DNA of 64,000 bases. It comes from Acholeplasmataceae bacterium (GTDB taxonomy: Bacteria; Bacillota_I; Bacilli_A; Acholeplasmatales; Acholeplasmataceae). The notes beneath the pieces were generated by a model. That model searched no databases and had not been told where the DNA came from. It saw only the letters and a list, made by a program, of their open reading frames with translations. Shown in pieces: positions 8,480-18,660 of this stretch (the stretch's first letter is position 1; each line of letters begins with the position of its first letter). Location: assembly GCA_963667565.1 (NCBI GenBank), contig OY763415.1, forward strand, positions 608,001-672,000, written 5' to 3'. The position numbers and the translations under genes were made by a program.

Positions 8480-9730
8480 TTATTTTTTCATAAATGCTTC
8501 AATTTCAGATACTTCTTTAATAATGTCAGCACTTAAATTGATACATCCATCTTTGGTCACTACAACATCATCTTCAATTCTAATACCGATGCCTTCTTCA
8601 GCAATATATAAACCTGGTTCAACAGTGATCACTGCACCAACTGGAATGGGTTCACTATATTTACCAACATCGTGAATATCAAGTCCTAGATAATGTCCCA
8701 AACTATGATAATAGTACTTAGTGATTTCATGATCTTCTTTGATAAGTCCTAATGATTTTGCACCTTCAATTAAAATGTTTTTACCAAACTCATTGAACTC
8801 TTGAAGTGTCACGCCAGCTTTTAACCATTTAATGGTTTCTTTATTTGCTTTTAAGACAACCTCATAAATATCTTTTTGACGTTTAGTAAATACGCCATTT
8901 GATGGTATAGTTCTTGTAATATCCGCACTATAATGATCAAGATCAGCACCTAAATCAAATAAGACGAGTTCTCCATCATTAATTTTGGAATCGTTATCGC
9001 GATAGTGAAGAACTGTTGCATTCTTTCCACTTGCTGCAATTGTCCCAAAAGCTGGTATTGCACGATTTTTGTTTAACACATAATTAAACTCAGCTTCCAT
9101 TTCAAATTCAGATTCACCAGGTTTCATCGTTTGCATTAAACATGTAATACCATCTTTAGTAATCGCAATTGATTTTTTGATTGCTTCAATTTCTTTATCA
9201 TCTTTAACAGTTCTTAATTTAGCAACAAATGCTTGATTTGGCTTAATTTGAATGTATGGGAATAAATTGATTAAATGTTTTGCATAAGCTTGAGCTTTAG
9301 AATCAGGAAGTAATTCATTTAATCTGTCTAAATCTAGATAAGCTGTTTTTACTTCGCCAAAAATAGCTCTTCTAGAAGTTGATAATAACTGTGCTATAAA
9401 AGTATCTAGACTTTGAATATCTTTTACATTTGCAAGTGGTACCAACGCTTTATCAGATGCTTCTGAAAAAGAATAACCAGCACCATCCCATAATGCTTTA
9501 ATTGGATCAATTGGCTCCATGAATATAAATGATTCTGTACGCTCTACACCTTTAACCATGACTAAGCATACATTTTCTTGATCGATACCTGTTAAATAAA
9601 AGAAATTTCTATTCACTGAAAATGGATAATGATCATCTTGAGAGCGTTGTGGTGCAACGCCAGAAAAGAAAAGTGAGATAGATCCTTGATCCACATATTT
9701 TAAATAATTTTCTCTACGAATGTCATACAT
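8480..9730 (-). CDS. pepP: Xaa-Pro aminopeptidase (aminopeptidase P, M24B)
   Basis: AMP_N region (NRNFFYLTG); metal ligands in DLGA, ADITRT, HYLGLDIHD, TVEPG, IRIEDD. Confidence 0.92.
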   Translation of the reverse strand: MYDIRRENYLKYVDQGSISLFFSGVAPQRSQDDHYPFSVNRNFFYLTGIDQENVCLVMVKGVERTESFIFMEPIDPIKALWDGAGYSFSEASDKALVPLANVKDIQSLDTFIAQLLSTSRRAIFGEVKTAYLDLDRLNELLPDSKAQAYAKHLINLFPYIQIKPNQAFVAKLRTVKDDKEIEAIKKSIAITKDGITCLMQTMKPGESEFEMEAEFNYVLNKNRAIPAFGTIAASGKNATVLHYRDNDSKINDGELVLFDLGADLDHYSADITRTIPSNGVFTKRQKDIYEVVLKANKETIKWLKAGVTLQEFNEFGKNILIEGAKSLGLIKEDHEITKYYYHSLGHYLGLDIHDVGKYSEPIPVGAVITVEPGLYIAEEGIGIRIEDDVVVTKDGCINLSADIIKEVSEIEAFMKK

Positions 9731-9741
9731 ATATAAACTCC

Positions 9742-11400
9742 TTATATATTTTCAATTTGTGCTAAAAGCGTTTGTTCTACAAGTAAAACATAAGCTTTAG
9801 CATCTTCTAGTGATTGTGATTTAACACCAAAGTAAATTTTTATTTTAGGTTCAGTACCACTCGGTCTAAATACAATCCAAGTATTATCGCTGTAATGGTA
9901 TTTTAACACATTTGATTTAGGAAGTGATAATGGTGTTTGAACATCATTTTCAACATGGATACCTAATAATACATCATCATATGATAAAAGTGACTTATGT
10001 GGTAATTGTGGCGGATTGTTGCGATAAAATGACATAATACGTTTAATTTTATCTGCGCCTTCAATGCCTGCAAACTTCATTGGGTTCGTATATTCATAAT
10101 AAACACCATATTTAGAATGAATGATATCTAGATAATCAATCATGGTTAATCCTTGGAGTTTGACGTGATTTGCAATCTCTGCAAGTAGATATACTGCTTG
10201 AACAGCATCTTTATCTCTTACAAAATCAGAAATTAATGATCCATAAGATTCTTCACAACCAAATATATATGGATTTTTGCCTTCATAAATATCTGCTTGT
10301 TCACCAATAAACTTAAATCCTGTTAGTGTAGTGATGACTTTGATGTCAAAAGATTCAGCAATCACTTTAATGAGATCTGTTGTTACATTAGTGGTATAGA
10401 CATGCCCGTGTTCTGGTAAAATGCCTAATTTTTGTTTTTCTGATAACAAATAGAAAAGTTCAGCTGATGCAGTTTGATTACCTGTCATCAACTCATACTC
10501 ACCCTTATGTTTGACTGCAATACCTAATCTGTCAGCATCAGGATCAGTGAGCATCACGATATCAGCATCAATTTTTTTAGCATATTCAATTGCACCTTCA
10601 TAAGCAGCAGCTTCTTCTGGATTCGAAGATTTTGTATTTGAGAATTTTGGATCTACGATCATTTGTGGTTCATATGGATAGATATCAAATCCTTTTTCTT
10701 TTAAGAATTTAGGAATCACTGTTCCACCTGTGCCATGTAATGGCGAATAAACAATTTTGACTTGTTTTTCTTCATCATAAATTTTGATGTTTTCAACTTC
10801 TTTTAAATATATAGCATCAAAAGTATCATCAATATAAGTAATATCTTGATCAAGCGTTTCAATCATAAATGGATTTTCAATTTGATTGATTTCATCAATC
10901 ACTTGATTTGCAGTTTCTAGATTAAGTTGAGCACCAGTTTTATCATAGACTTTATATCCATTATATTCTTTTGGATTATGTGAAGCAGTAATCATAATAC
11001 CTGCATCACATGAAAAATGTCTAACAGCAAAGCTTAACATCGGTGTTGGTCTAAGGGATTCAAAAACAAATGATTTAATCCCTTGTTTTGCTAAGACCAT
11101 AGCAGCATGTTTTGCAAAGTTTTTAGAATCTTTTCTATTATCATAAGAAATAGCAACCCCTCTTGTAAGGCTGTTTTTATTTAAGTAGTTAGCTAGTCCT
11201 AATGTTGCTTTTGAAATGGTGTAGATATTGACGCGATTGGTACCGACACCCATCACACCTCTTAGTCCACCTGTACCAAAAGTAAGATCTTGATAAAAAG
11301 CATCTTCAATTTGTGCTTCAGTTAGTGTATTTAATTCTTCTTTTAATTCTGGAATAAGATTTTGTGTTTTCCAGAAGTTATAATTATCTTTATATTTCAT
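9742..11400 (-). CDS. pgm: Phosphoglucomutase/phosphomannomutase
   Basis: FGTGGLRG, TASHNP, DPDADR, GCEES, RPSGTEPK; AGGTG RBS favours ATG 11400. Confidence 0.92.
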   Translation of the reverse strand: MKYKDNYNFWKTQNLIPELKEELNTLTEAQIEDAFYQDLTFGTGGLRGVMGVGTNRVNIYTISKATLGLANYLNKNSLTRGVAISYDNRKDSKNFAKHAAMVLAKQGIKSFVFESLRPTPMLSFAVRHFSCDAGIMITASHNPKEYNGYKVYDKTGAQLNLETANQVIDEINQIENPFMIETLDQDITYIDDTFDAIYLKEVENIKIYDEEKQVKIVYSPLHGTGGTVIPKFLKEKGFDIYPYEPQMIVDPKFSNTKSSNPEEAAAYEGAIEYAKKIDADIVMLTDPDADRLGIAVKHKGEYELMTGNQTASAELFYLLSEKQKLGILPEHGHVYTTNVTTDLIKVIAESFDIKVITTLTGFKFIGEQADIYEGKNPYIFGCEESYGSLISDFVRDKDAVQAVYLLAEIANHVKLQGLTMIDYLDIIHSKYGVYYEYTNPMKFAGIEGADKIKRIMSFYRNNPPQLPHKSLLSYDDVLLGIHVENDVQTPLSLPKSNVLKYHYSDNTWIVFRPSGTEPKIKIYFGVKSQSLEDAKAYVLLVEQTLLAQIENI

Positions 11401-11475
11401 TTTTATCACCTGTAACCATTATATCAAAAAATGGTTTTTATTTCTGAAAATGTCATGAAAATTACATAATGTTAC

Positions 11476-11503
11476 AAAAAAACCTATGTATTTAACATAG
11501 GTT
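11476..11503 (-). terminator. Intrinsic terminator after coaX
   Basis: A-run + AACCTATGT-attta-ACATAGGTT. Confidence 0.8.
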
Positions 11504-11510
11504 ATCGTTT

Positions 11511-12257
11511 TTATGATTTATTCTTAATATAAATTTGATATAAACCTTTTAAAACAAGATCAGGATCTCGCACTAATGGATGTTTACATAAAGGTGCAAT
11601 TGTCTGAGACAAACCACCTGTTAAGATGACATTAAAGTCTTCTTTTGTTTCATCATGAATGCGTTCAATTAAACCATCAACTTGAGAGGCAACTCCATAA
11701 GTAACACCTGATTGCATACATTGAACTGTATTTGTACCTAGTACTTTTTTAGGTACTTCAATATCGATATCAGGAAGTAATGCCGTATTTCCAACAAGTG
11801 CTTTGATTGAAATGTTTACACCTGGGGTGATAATGACACCTTTAATGGTTTTATCTTTAACATAAATGTATTTAATTGCTGTTCCTAAGTCAACCACTAG
11901 CGTTGGTTTTTCATGATCTAAAACACCAGCAGCATCACAAATTAAATCAGCACCTACTTCTCGTGGATGATCGGTTTTAATATTGATACCTGTTTTGACA
12001 CCTGGGCCAACAACTAAAGGTGTTATCGATAAATGATGCTCACAAATTTCAATTAAAGTTTCTGTAAGTCTTGGTACAACAGATGATATAGCAACTTGCT
12101 TAATGGTTTTAAAGTCAATTAAACTTTTCATTTGAATATAATATTCATCAGCTGTTTTTGTGACTATCGTATTTAATCTATAAGTATCAATAATTTTAAA
12201 ACCATCTGAAACACCAATAGAAACATTTGTGTTACCGACATCAAATAATAAGATCAT
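11511..12257 (-). CDS. coaX: Type III pantothenate kinase
   Basis: DVGNTN, SSVVP, VGAD, VVDLGTA, LTGG, DLVLKGL. Confidence 0.93.
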   Translation of the reverse strand: MILLFDVGNTNVSIGVSDGFKIIDTYRLNTIVTKTADEYYIQMKSLIDFKTIKQVAISSVVPRLTETLIEICEHHLSITPLVVGPGVKTGINIKTDHPREVGADLICDAAGVLDHEKPTLVVDLGTAIKYIYVKDKTIKGVIITPGVNISIKALVGNTALLPDIDIEVPKKVLGTNTVQCMQSGVTYGVASQVDGLIERIHDETKEDFNVILTGGLSQTIAPLCKHPLVRDPDLVLKGLYQIYIKNKS

Positions 12258-12271
12258 AAGATCACTTCCCT

Positions 12272-13051
12272 TTAAATTCTTTTTTGTACGTTTTTAAGTG
12301 CAATGATAATAGGTGTACCAATGACTGCTGCAAAAAGTGTTTCAACAACGCCATTAGTTGCAGCAATAGTAATTAGGATACCTATTTCACTATTTGCAAA
12401 TGTAGGAAATGCAACAAATAATTCATGTAACACATCCGATTCAAAAAGTAGGACTGCAAGTAAAACGACAATGGTATGTAGAAAACTACTTAATATAAGT
12501 GCAGATGGAATCATGACATCATCTTTACGTTTATTAATAAACGCATAATAAAGTGTAATAAATCCTGATATCACTAAAAGTGCAATTAAGGTAACAACCT
12601 TTTCATTCCAACCTGTATATGCGATGATTTGTTGTGAACTGTAATAAAATAAAATGATTGTAAATACAATGATAATGCTAAAAATTAAAATATCGTTTTG
12701 CTTAACGGTCGATTTAATTTTCTTTAATCCTTGATAAACTAAGTAAGCTAAGACAACAGTAAGAAGTCTTGGTAATACAGAGACTAATGGATTAATAAAT
12801 GCTTTATTCAAGCTAAGTGTACCTTCATAAGGTAGTGCTTGAATTAAAGACCCAACACCAAAGAATAAACCTAAGATAAGGCTATATTGCAATGGCAACA
12901 AAAAAACACCAATAAAAACCGGGATTGGAATTAAGGTAACTGCAGTTGTTCCAACGGTAATATAGCCAAGTTGAGGAACAAAAGTCATCACAATCACAAT
13001 CGCTGCAAGCACTGATGTTAAGATTAAATCTTTTAGATTATTTTTTTTCAT
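12272..13051 (-). CDS. panT: ECF transporter S component, pantothenate-specific (PanT-like) with internal hydrophobic insertion
   Basis: PQLGYI, TLIPIPV, SVLPR, TNGVVE; adjacent to coaX; AAGGAG RBS favours ATG 13051. Confidence 0.78.
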   Translation of the reverse strand: MKKNNLKDLILTSVLAAIVIVMTFVPQLGYITVGTTAVTLIPIPVFIGVFLLPLQYSLILGLFFGVGSLIQALPYEGTLSLNKAFINPLVSVLPRLLTVVLAYLVYQGLKKIKSTVKQNDILIFSIIIVFTIILFYYSSQQIIAYTGWNEKVVTLIALLVISGFITLYYAFINKRKDDVMIPSALILSSFLHTIVVLLAVLLFESDVLHELFVAFPTFANSEIGILITIAATNGVVETLFAAVIGTPIIIALKNVQKRI

Positions 13052-13137
13052 TTTTCTTCTCCTTTTTAAGCCCTTGCGGGTCTCATAAGTCACCTATATT
13101 ATACTACGCATTAAAAATAAATCAAATATTTGAAAGC

Positions 13138-13168
13138 AAAAAAAAGCTATGCCATAAGACATAGCTTT
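13138..13168 (-). terminator. Intrinsic terminator after the large lipoprotein gene
   Basis: A-run + AAAGCTATG-ccataaga-CATAGCTTT. Confidence 0.8.
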
Positions 13169-13174
13169 AAATTT

Positions 13175-16100
13175 TTATGCATTAAATGTTAAATAGCCAG
13201 GAAGTGTTTCCAAAACAGTAGATAAATCAGATGATGGATTTGATGAAATGTTAAATGCTATATATTGATAATCCTTCCAAAAATCAGCATCAAGTGTAAT
13301 TGTATCTGTCAAATTATCAGATCTAAGCATCACTGTATATGTATTATATGAATAATCCATATAAATGACTCTTACTTGATAGCCTGCTGTAATTGTTAAT
13401 GATGTATACCCAGAAAGACTATCTTTAGATATTACATTTGAAGCACCAAACCCTTTAATAAATGTTGTATCACCTGTTGTAATTGATTGTGCAAAGTTAT
13501 TCCAATAACCAGATGAGAATGAAAGTGCTTGATCCAAATGATCGATGATAGGATCTTGGAAAACTGTAGATGTTATTTTTTGTGGTAATGTGTCTAGTAA
13601 TCCTGTTAAGTTGGATGTTGATGGCGCAGTAGATATATTAAATGCTATGTATTGATAGTTTTGATATAATCCATTAGTTAATACAACATTACCTATATTA
13701 TTTTCAGTTCTAGAAACCACTTTATATCCATCTTCTTGACTGTAAGTTAAGAAAATGATTCTAACTTGGAATCCTGATTCAATATGTAGAATACTACCTT
13801 CAGTAAGAAATTGACGTGGAATAACTTGTGAACCTGCATAGCTTGTGCTAGCAGTCAACGAAGTACCATTTGTATTCCAATAACCTAGTTCAAAACTTAG
13901 TGGTGTTACTGAATAAGTTAAATATGAAGGAATCCTGTCAAGGATTGATGACAAATCAATTGCAGATACTTTTGAAAAATTAAATGCAATATATTCATAA
14001 TCACCCCAGAATGTTTCATCCATCACAATCGTACCTACTAAATTTGCAGTTCGATAAACGACCTGATAATTTCCATAACCATCATAACTTAAGAAAATGA
14101 CTCTAACTTGATAACCATCTTCTACAGACATGCTTTCAACACTGCTATAATAATGTTTTGATTGTGGTTGTGATGCAGCAAAACCATTTAGAAAAGCCAT
14201 ATTAGCATTTGTTGTTGTAATGCTTGATTTGTTTAATTCCCAATAACCAGAGATAAACGATGCCTCTTTATCTTCATGTGGAATAGCCTGTGGATGCATA
14301 GATATAACTGCTGTTAGATCGAGTGTAGATATATCAACATCTTGATTTGTTGTTGTTAATATAAGTGCAATTAATGGTTTATCAGAAGCAAATAAAGTGT
14401 CAATATATAGAGGTGTTGTTTGATATTCACTGACTAAATCAACTGTATAAACACCTAAATCAAATGATAATACAGCATAGGCTATCATATAACCACTTGC
14501 AACTTCGATAACAGTATCATAATCATAATAAGCACCAGTTAAAGGATTCGTTGATACATGATTTACTGATGGCGTTAATTGCGTTTGTCCTGCTTCCCAT
14601 TTTCCAGAAGTCCACGAAAGATCTGAATCTATGTGACCTATACCAGTTCCTTCAGGATGGAATAATTGGAATTTTCCAGCAACTTCATCTAATCGTGTAT
14701 TGATAGGTGCGATTGGATTAGAAGCTAAATTGAATGCGACATAATCATAATTTCCCCACCAATTTTCATCAATTTCTAAATATGAAATTTGATAGAGAGC
14801 TGTTCTATATAAAACATGATAAGAATCTTCACCTGTTTTTTCTAAGAAAATCACACGATATTGATATCCTTCTGCGATGACAATTTCAGAACCTGCAGGT
14901 AATAAATATTTTGGAATTGGCATGACTGCAGCAAAGCTGTTATGAAGTGCATCTGTCGTTGGTGAAATATCTGTTGCATTTTCATTCCAAAAACCTTGAA
15001 CGTAATCAAAAGTATAGGCAACACCATTGACATCAATTGGTATTGGATCTGGTTCAACAGTAAATGTTGATTGAGTTACACTTCTTTGTACCTCTGATGC
15101 AAAATTAACCGCTTCGATTGCAAGCCCTTGTTGGTTAACAGAGACACCTGTAGGTATAAAACTTGATGTATCACCTAAATCAAATCCTGTAATTGCCTTA
15201 AAGAAACTCAAGCCGGCAATATAACGACCCATTGGATCTGATAAATGGTATCCATCTCTAGTAAAATAATCACCAATATATGAAGTTCTAGCATTTTGAA
15301 TCGATGTACCTGAATAAATAACTTTATTAATTTGTGAAATGGTATCGATTTTAGCTCCTAATGTATCAATGATTGCTTGATACATTGTTGCTTGATCGTT
15401 ATTATAATTAGCAAAACCTGAATGTGTCGATGTTTGTTGATATGCCCATGTCATATGCCACATAATTTCTACATTTGAATTTATTGCATGATCTTCTACG
15501 AATTCTGTCAGTTTGATGATATGATCAGCATATGTGTTAGATACACCACTATAATGTGATGCTTGTTGGAATGTAATGACATCCCAATCTTCATAACCAA
15601 TCGCTTCAAGTAATGAAACACCTGAAGTTCTTTGAATCGTTTGATTCTCGTATAGTTGATATTCATAAACTTTAGCATTTGTTAAAATATTTGCTGTATG
15701 TTGAGCTAGTTCAGAACCTCCAATATACATATTAGCAACAATGATGTTTTCTTCAGGAATACCATATGCTTGAGCAATACTCCATAAATAGCGATGTGCA
15801 TCTTCTGAAAAAGAGTTTCCAATCGATAGAACTTTAAAAGTTTGAGTAAAATCGATTTGGTCTTTCCATTTTGCATAAAGTGTTGTATTTTCTAAGATTT
15901 CATCATTTTCAAAATCCCATAATTCGGTAAATGCTTGATCTTTATACCATCCTGCAAACACTTTATTGTCTTTCATTGGATCGTTTGGTCTTGAAAGTAC
16001 TTGTGACTCATCAACTAACACATTACTCATTGATGATCCTCCATCTGTATCAAATGATACGCTAAATTGTGGCGTAACTTCTTCAATCCATTTTGCATAT

Positions 16101-16588
16101 AAAGTCATATCAGATACGACTTTATCAGTGCCAAATGCCCAGCTTTGAGTAAATTCAGCATCTTTGTACCATCCATCAAAGGTAAAACCTTGTTTGACGG
16201 GTACATCTGGCATTGTGATCAATTGATCATAATTGATGACAAAATTATCAACTGCTGAACCACCATTAGATTCGAATGTGACAGTATAGGATAAAGCAAG
16301 CCATCCTGCATAAAGTGTCATGTCAGATGTGACTTTATCAGTATCAAATATCCATTCTTGTGTACATCCAACATCTTTAAACCATCCCTCAAATGTAAAA
16401 CCCGCTTTTGTTGGTTCAGTTGGCTCACTTACAAACCCATTTTCATCAATGACTTGACTTGCAATGGTATCGCCATTTGCAACTTCAAAATTCACTGTGA
16501 ATTGATTAGCATCTTGATTCTTAGTCTCGCATGCAACAAGTGATAACCCTGCCACCAGTAAAAAAATAAAAACGAAAATTTTTTTCAT
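13175..16588 (-). CDS. Surface lipoprotein: 3 InlB-B/Flg_new repeats + SGNH/DUF4886-like hydrolase + 5 C-terminal ~120-aa repeats
   Basis: GGAGG RBS, lipobox LSLVAC; three PxKxGxxFxGW(Y/F)KD...TLYAxW repeats; KVLSIGNSFS ... RDGYHL; repeated GYQVRVIFL...YIAFN. Confidence 0.85.
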   Translation of the reverse strand: MKKIFVFIFLLVAGLSLVACETKNQDANQFTVNFEVANGDTIASQVIDENGFVSEPTEPTKAGFTFEGWFKDVGCTQEWIFDTDKVTSDMTLYAGWLALSYTVTFESNGGSAVDNFVINYDQLITMPDVPVKQGFTFDGWYKDAEFTQSWAFGTDKVVSDMTLYAKWIEEVTPQFSVSFDTDGGSSMSNVLVDESQVLSRPNDPMKDNKVFAGWYKDQAFTELWDFENDEILENTTLYAKWKDQIDFTQTFKVLSIGNSFSEDAHRYLWSIAQAYGIPEENIIVANMYIGGSELAQHTANILTNAKVYEYQLYENQTIQRTSGVSLLEAIGYEDWDVITFQQASHYSGVSNTYADHIIKLTEFVEDHAINSNVEIMWHMTWAYQQTSTHSGFANYNNDQATMYQAIIDTLGAKIDTISQINKVIYSGTSIQNARTSYIGDYFTRDGYHLSDPMGRYIAGLSFFKAITGFDLGDTSSFIPTGVSVNQQGLAIEAVNFASEVQRSVTQSTFTVEPDPIPIDVNGVAYTFDYVQGFWNENATDISPTTDALHNSFAAVMPIPKYLLPAGSEIVIAEGYQYRVIFLEKTGEDSYHVLYRTALYQISYLEIDENWWGNYDYVAFNLASNPIAPINTRLDEVAGKFQLFHPEGTGIGHIDSDLSWTSGKWEAGQTQLTPSVNHVSTNPLTGAYYDYDTVIEVASGYMIAYAVLSFDLGVYTVDLVSEYQTTPLYIDTLFASDKPLIALILTTTNQDVDISTLDLTAVISMHPQAIPHEDKEASFISGYWELNKSSITTTNANMAFLNGFAASQPQSKHYYSSVESMSVEDGYQVRVIFLSYDGYGNYQVVYRTANLVGTIVMDETFWGDYEYIAFNFSKVSAIDLSSILDRIPSYLTYSVTPLSFELGYWNTNGTSLTASTSYAGSQVIPRQFLTEGSILHIESGFQVRIIFLTYSQEDGYKVVSRTENNIGNVVLTNGLYQNYQYIAFNISTAPSTSNLTGLLDTLPQKITSTVFQDPIIDHLDQALSFSSGYWNNFAQSITTGDTTFIKGFGASNVISKDSLSGYTSLTITAGYQVRVIYMDYSYNTYTVMLRSDNLTDTITLDADFWKDYQYIAFNISSNPSSDLSTVLETLPGYLTFNA
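13178..15015 (-). repeat. Five tandem ~120-130 aa domain repeats
   Basis: Units start near 15015 (YVQGFWN), 14620 (WTSGKWE), 14263 (FISGYWE), 13900 (FELGYWN), 13525 (FSSGYWN). Confidence 0.8.
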
Positions 16589-16605
16589 AAATCCTCCCAT
16601 TGTTT

Positions 16606-16625
16606 ATTGTGAAACGTTTCACAAT
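16606..16625. promoter_or_regulatory. Perfect 20-bp palindrome, LacI/CcpA-type operator
   Basis: ATTGTGAAAC|GTTTCACAAT with central CG, between promoter and RBS. Confidence 0.8.
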
Positions 16626-16673
16626 TATTTGAAAAAAATTAAAGCAACCTATTTTTGTGATGCTTATAAGTTC

Positions 16674-16702
16674 ATTATATGCATAAATATTCATGTTGTC
16701 AA
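16674..16702 (-). promoter_or_regulatory. Consensus sigma-A promoter of the lipoprotein gene
   Basis: TTGACA (16702-16697) - 17 nt - TATAAT (16679-16674). Confidence 0.88.
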
Positions 16703-16710
16703 CAAAAATA

Positions 16711-16724
16711 TGTAACCGTTTGCA
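16711..16724. promoter_or_regulatory. Second cre/LacI-like operator just upstream of the -35
   Basis: TGTAACCGTTTGCA, close to the cre consensus TGWAANCGNTNWCA. Confidence 0.6.
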
Positions 16725-16741
16725 TAAATAGTAAAAAAAAT

Positions 16742-16762
16742 AAAAAAAGACCCTAAGGTCTT
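16742..16762 (-). terminator. Intrinsic terminator after the aldo/keto reductase gene
   Basis: A-run + AAGACC-ctaa-GGTCTT. Confidence 0.65.
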
Positions 16763-17603
16763 ATTTTACACAAAAGCCCCAAGGACTATTGTCTGGATCT
16801 GTATAAACACGATTTCCACGGTTAAGTTTTGTAATCTTTTCCATTTCTTCATCAGTTAATGTTATAAATTGTGCTTCAAAGTTTTCTTTGATGCGTTCCT
16901 TTGTTTGTGATTTTGGTATCATAATGATATTTCTTTGTAGTCCCCAAGCAATCACAATTTGTGCAATCGTCTTTTGGTGTGCATCAGCGATTTCTTGTAA
17001 AACATCTTTATAAGGATCTTTGAAGATGCCACCTTTCATGAATGGACCATATGATTCAATTTGAATACCCTTAGTATCTAAGTATTCTTGAAGTGGTACT
17101 TGAGTTAAACCAGGATGAAGTTCTACTTGATTGACTGCAGGAACAATTTTAGCAATCTTTAGCAAGTCTTCAACCATGTGTTTTTGAAAATTTGAAATCC
17201 CAATAGCTCTAATTTTGCCTTCTTGATATAGTTTTTCAAAGTACTTCCAAGTTGATTGATTAACCAAAGTTGAAGGATTTGGCCAATGGATAAGATATAA
17301 GTCTACATAGTCTGTTTGTAGTGCTTCAAGCGATGCTTCAAATTGTTTTTGCATATATTCAATTTGACCCATACGCATTTGTTTAGTTGTAATGAACAAA
17401 TCTTTTCTATCAATTTTTGAATCTTTGATTGCTCGTCCAATACTACCTTCGTTTCTATACATCTGAGCAGTATCAATGTGTCTATAACCTATTTCTAAGG
17501 CATATTTAACTGTATCATATGCAACTTGGCCATCTTCTACTAAGAAAGTGCCAATCCCCAACTGTGGCATTTTAACGCCATTGTTCAATGTGATCAATTT
17601 CAT
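16761..17603 (-). CDS. Aldo/keto reductase (AKR5-like)
   Basis: GYRHIDTAQMY, DLYLIHWP, IGISNF, NQVELHP, IPKS. Confidence 0.93.
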   Translation of the reverse strand: MKLITLNNGVKMPQLGIGTFLVEDGQVAYDTVKYALEIGYRHIDTAQMYRNEGSIGRAIKDSKIDRKDLFITTKQMRMGQIEYMQKQFEASLEALQTDYVDLYLIHWPNPSTLVNQSTWKYFEKLYQEGKIRAIGISNFQKHMVEDLLKIAKIVPAVNQVELHPGLTQVPLQEYLDTKGIQIESYGPFMKGGIFKDPYKDVLQEIADAHQKTIAQIVIAWGLQRNIIMIPKSQTKERIKENFEAQFITLTDEEMEKITKLNRGNRVYTDPDNSPWGFCVK

Positions 17604-17607
17604 GTTT

Positions 17608-18660
17608 TTACGCTCCTTTTAGTTCATTTATTTTATCTTTATCTAAATCGTCTAATAATGCAAAAAGGATTGCTCTGGCAGCATCTAAATCATTTGTGTC
17701 CATCATTGCTGCTGTAGAGTGAATATATCTGGCAGGAAGTCCAATCGTTGTTGCTAAGACACCATCAAGTGAATCAAGTGCTTTAGCTGCATCAGTTCCG
17801 CCTTTTGAAACAAAATATTGATATTTAATGTTTTGATCGATTGAAAGTTTTACAATATAATTTAGCAAGCCTTGATGCATCGTATTTCTTGGATCATAAA
17901 TTCTTACTAAAAAGCCATCGCCTAGTTGACCCATTGCTTCGCCATCTGTCATATCTGAAACAGGTGATGCATCTAGTGCAAGAAAGACATCTGGTTTAAA
18001 TAAATTTGTTGCAGTTTCTGCACCTCTTAATCCAACTTCTTCTTGAACAGTTGCACCAATGACTAAGTCAAAAGGTAAATCTTTTTGATCAAAATATGCA
18101 ATTGCCTCTAAACTTAAGCCACAACCATATCTGTTATCAATTGCTTTTGAAATGATGCGATCTGGATTTTTTGTATATGCAAGCGGATTATCAAATAAGA
18201 CCATGTCTCCGAGTGACACACCAAAATCGATAGCCTCTTTTTTTGATCTTGCACCAATGTCTAATATAAGATCAGAAATACCGACTGATTGAGTTTTTTT
18301 AAGATGCGGTGGAAGTGCACCAATCACACCTTTAATGATGCCATCTTTAGTATGAACATTTAACACTTGTGAAATAAAAACTTCACCATTAAGACCACCA
18401 ATGTTTTGAAGCTTAAGCATGCCATATGAAGTGATACCTGTAACTATAAGTCCAACTTCATCCATATGCCCAGCAACCATGACAACAGGTGCATCTTTAA
18501 GTTTTGATTTTTTGTATGCAAAAATAGAACCAAGTTTATCTCTTTTAATCTCAAATGATGGATATTGTTTCATCCAAGATTCGATATATGTAGCGACTTC
18601 TTTTTCAAAACTTGAGGTAGCTTGTATATTAAATAAATCTATGTAAACTTGATTAAGCAT
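17608..18660 (-). CDS. M42 family (glutamyl) aminopeptidase
   Basis: GHMDEVG, KAIDNRYG, VQEEVGLRGA, GGTDA, RYIHS. Confidence 0.92.
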   Translation of the reverse strand: MLNQVYIDLFNIQATSSFEKEVATYIESWMKQYPSFEIKRDKLGSIFAYKKSKLKDAPVVMVAGHMDEVGLIVTGITSYGMLKLQNIGGLNGEVFISQVLNVHTKDGIIKGVIGALPPHLKKTQSVGISDLILDIGARSKKEAIDFGVSLGDMVLFDNPLAYTKNPDRIISKAIDNRYGCGLSLEAIAYFDQKDLPFDLVIGATVQEEVGLRGAETATNLFKPDVFLALDASPVSDMTDGEAMGQLGDGFLVRIYDPRNTMHQGLLNYIVKLSIDQNIKYQYFVSKGGTDAAKALDSLDGVLATTIGLPARYIHSTAAMMDTNDLDAARAILFALLDDLDKDKINELKGA

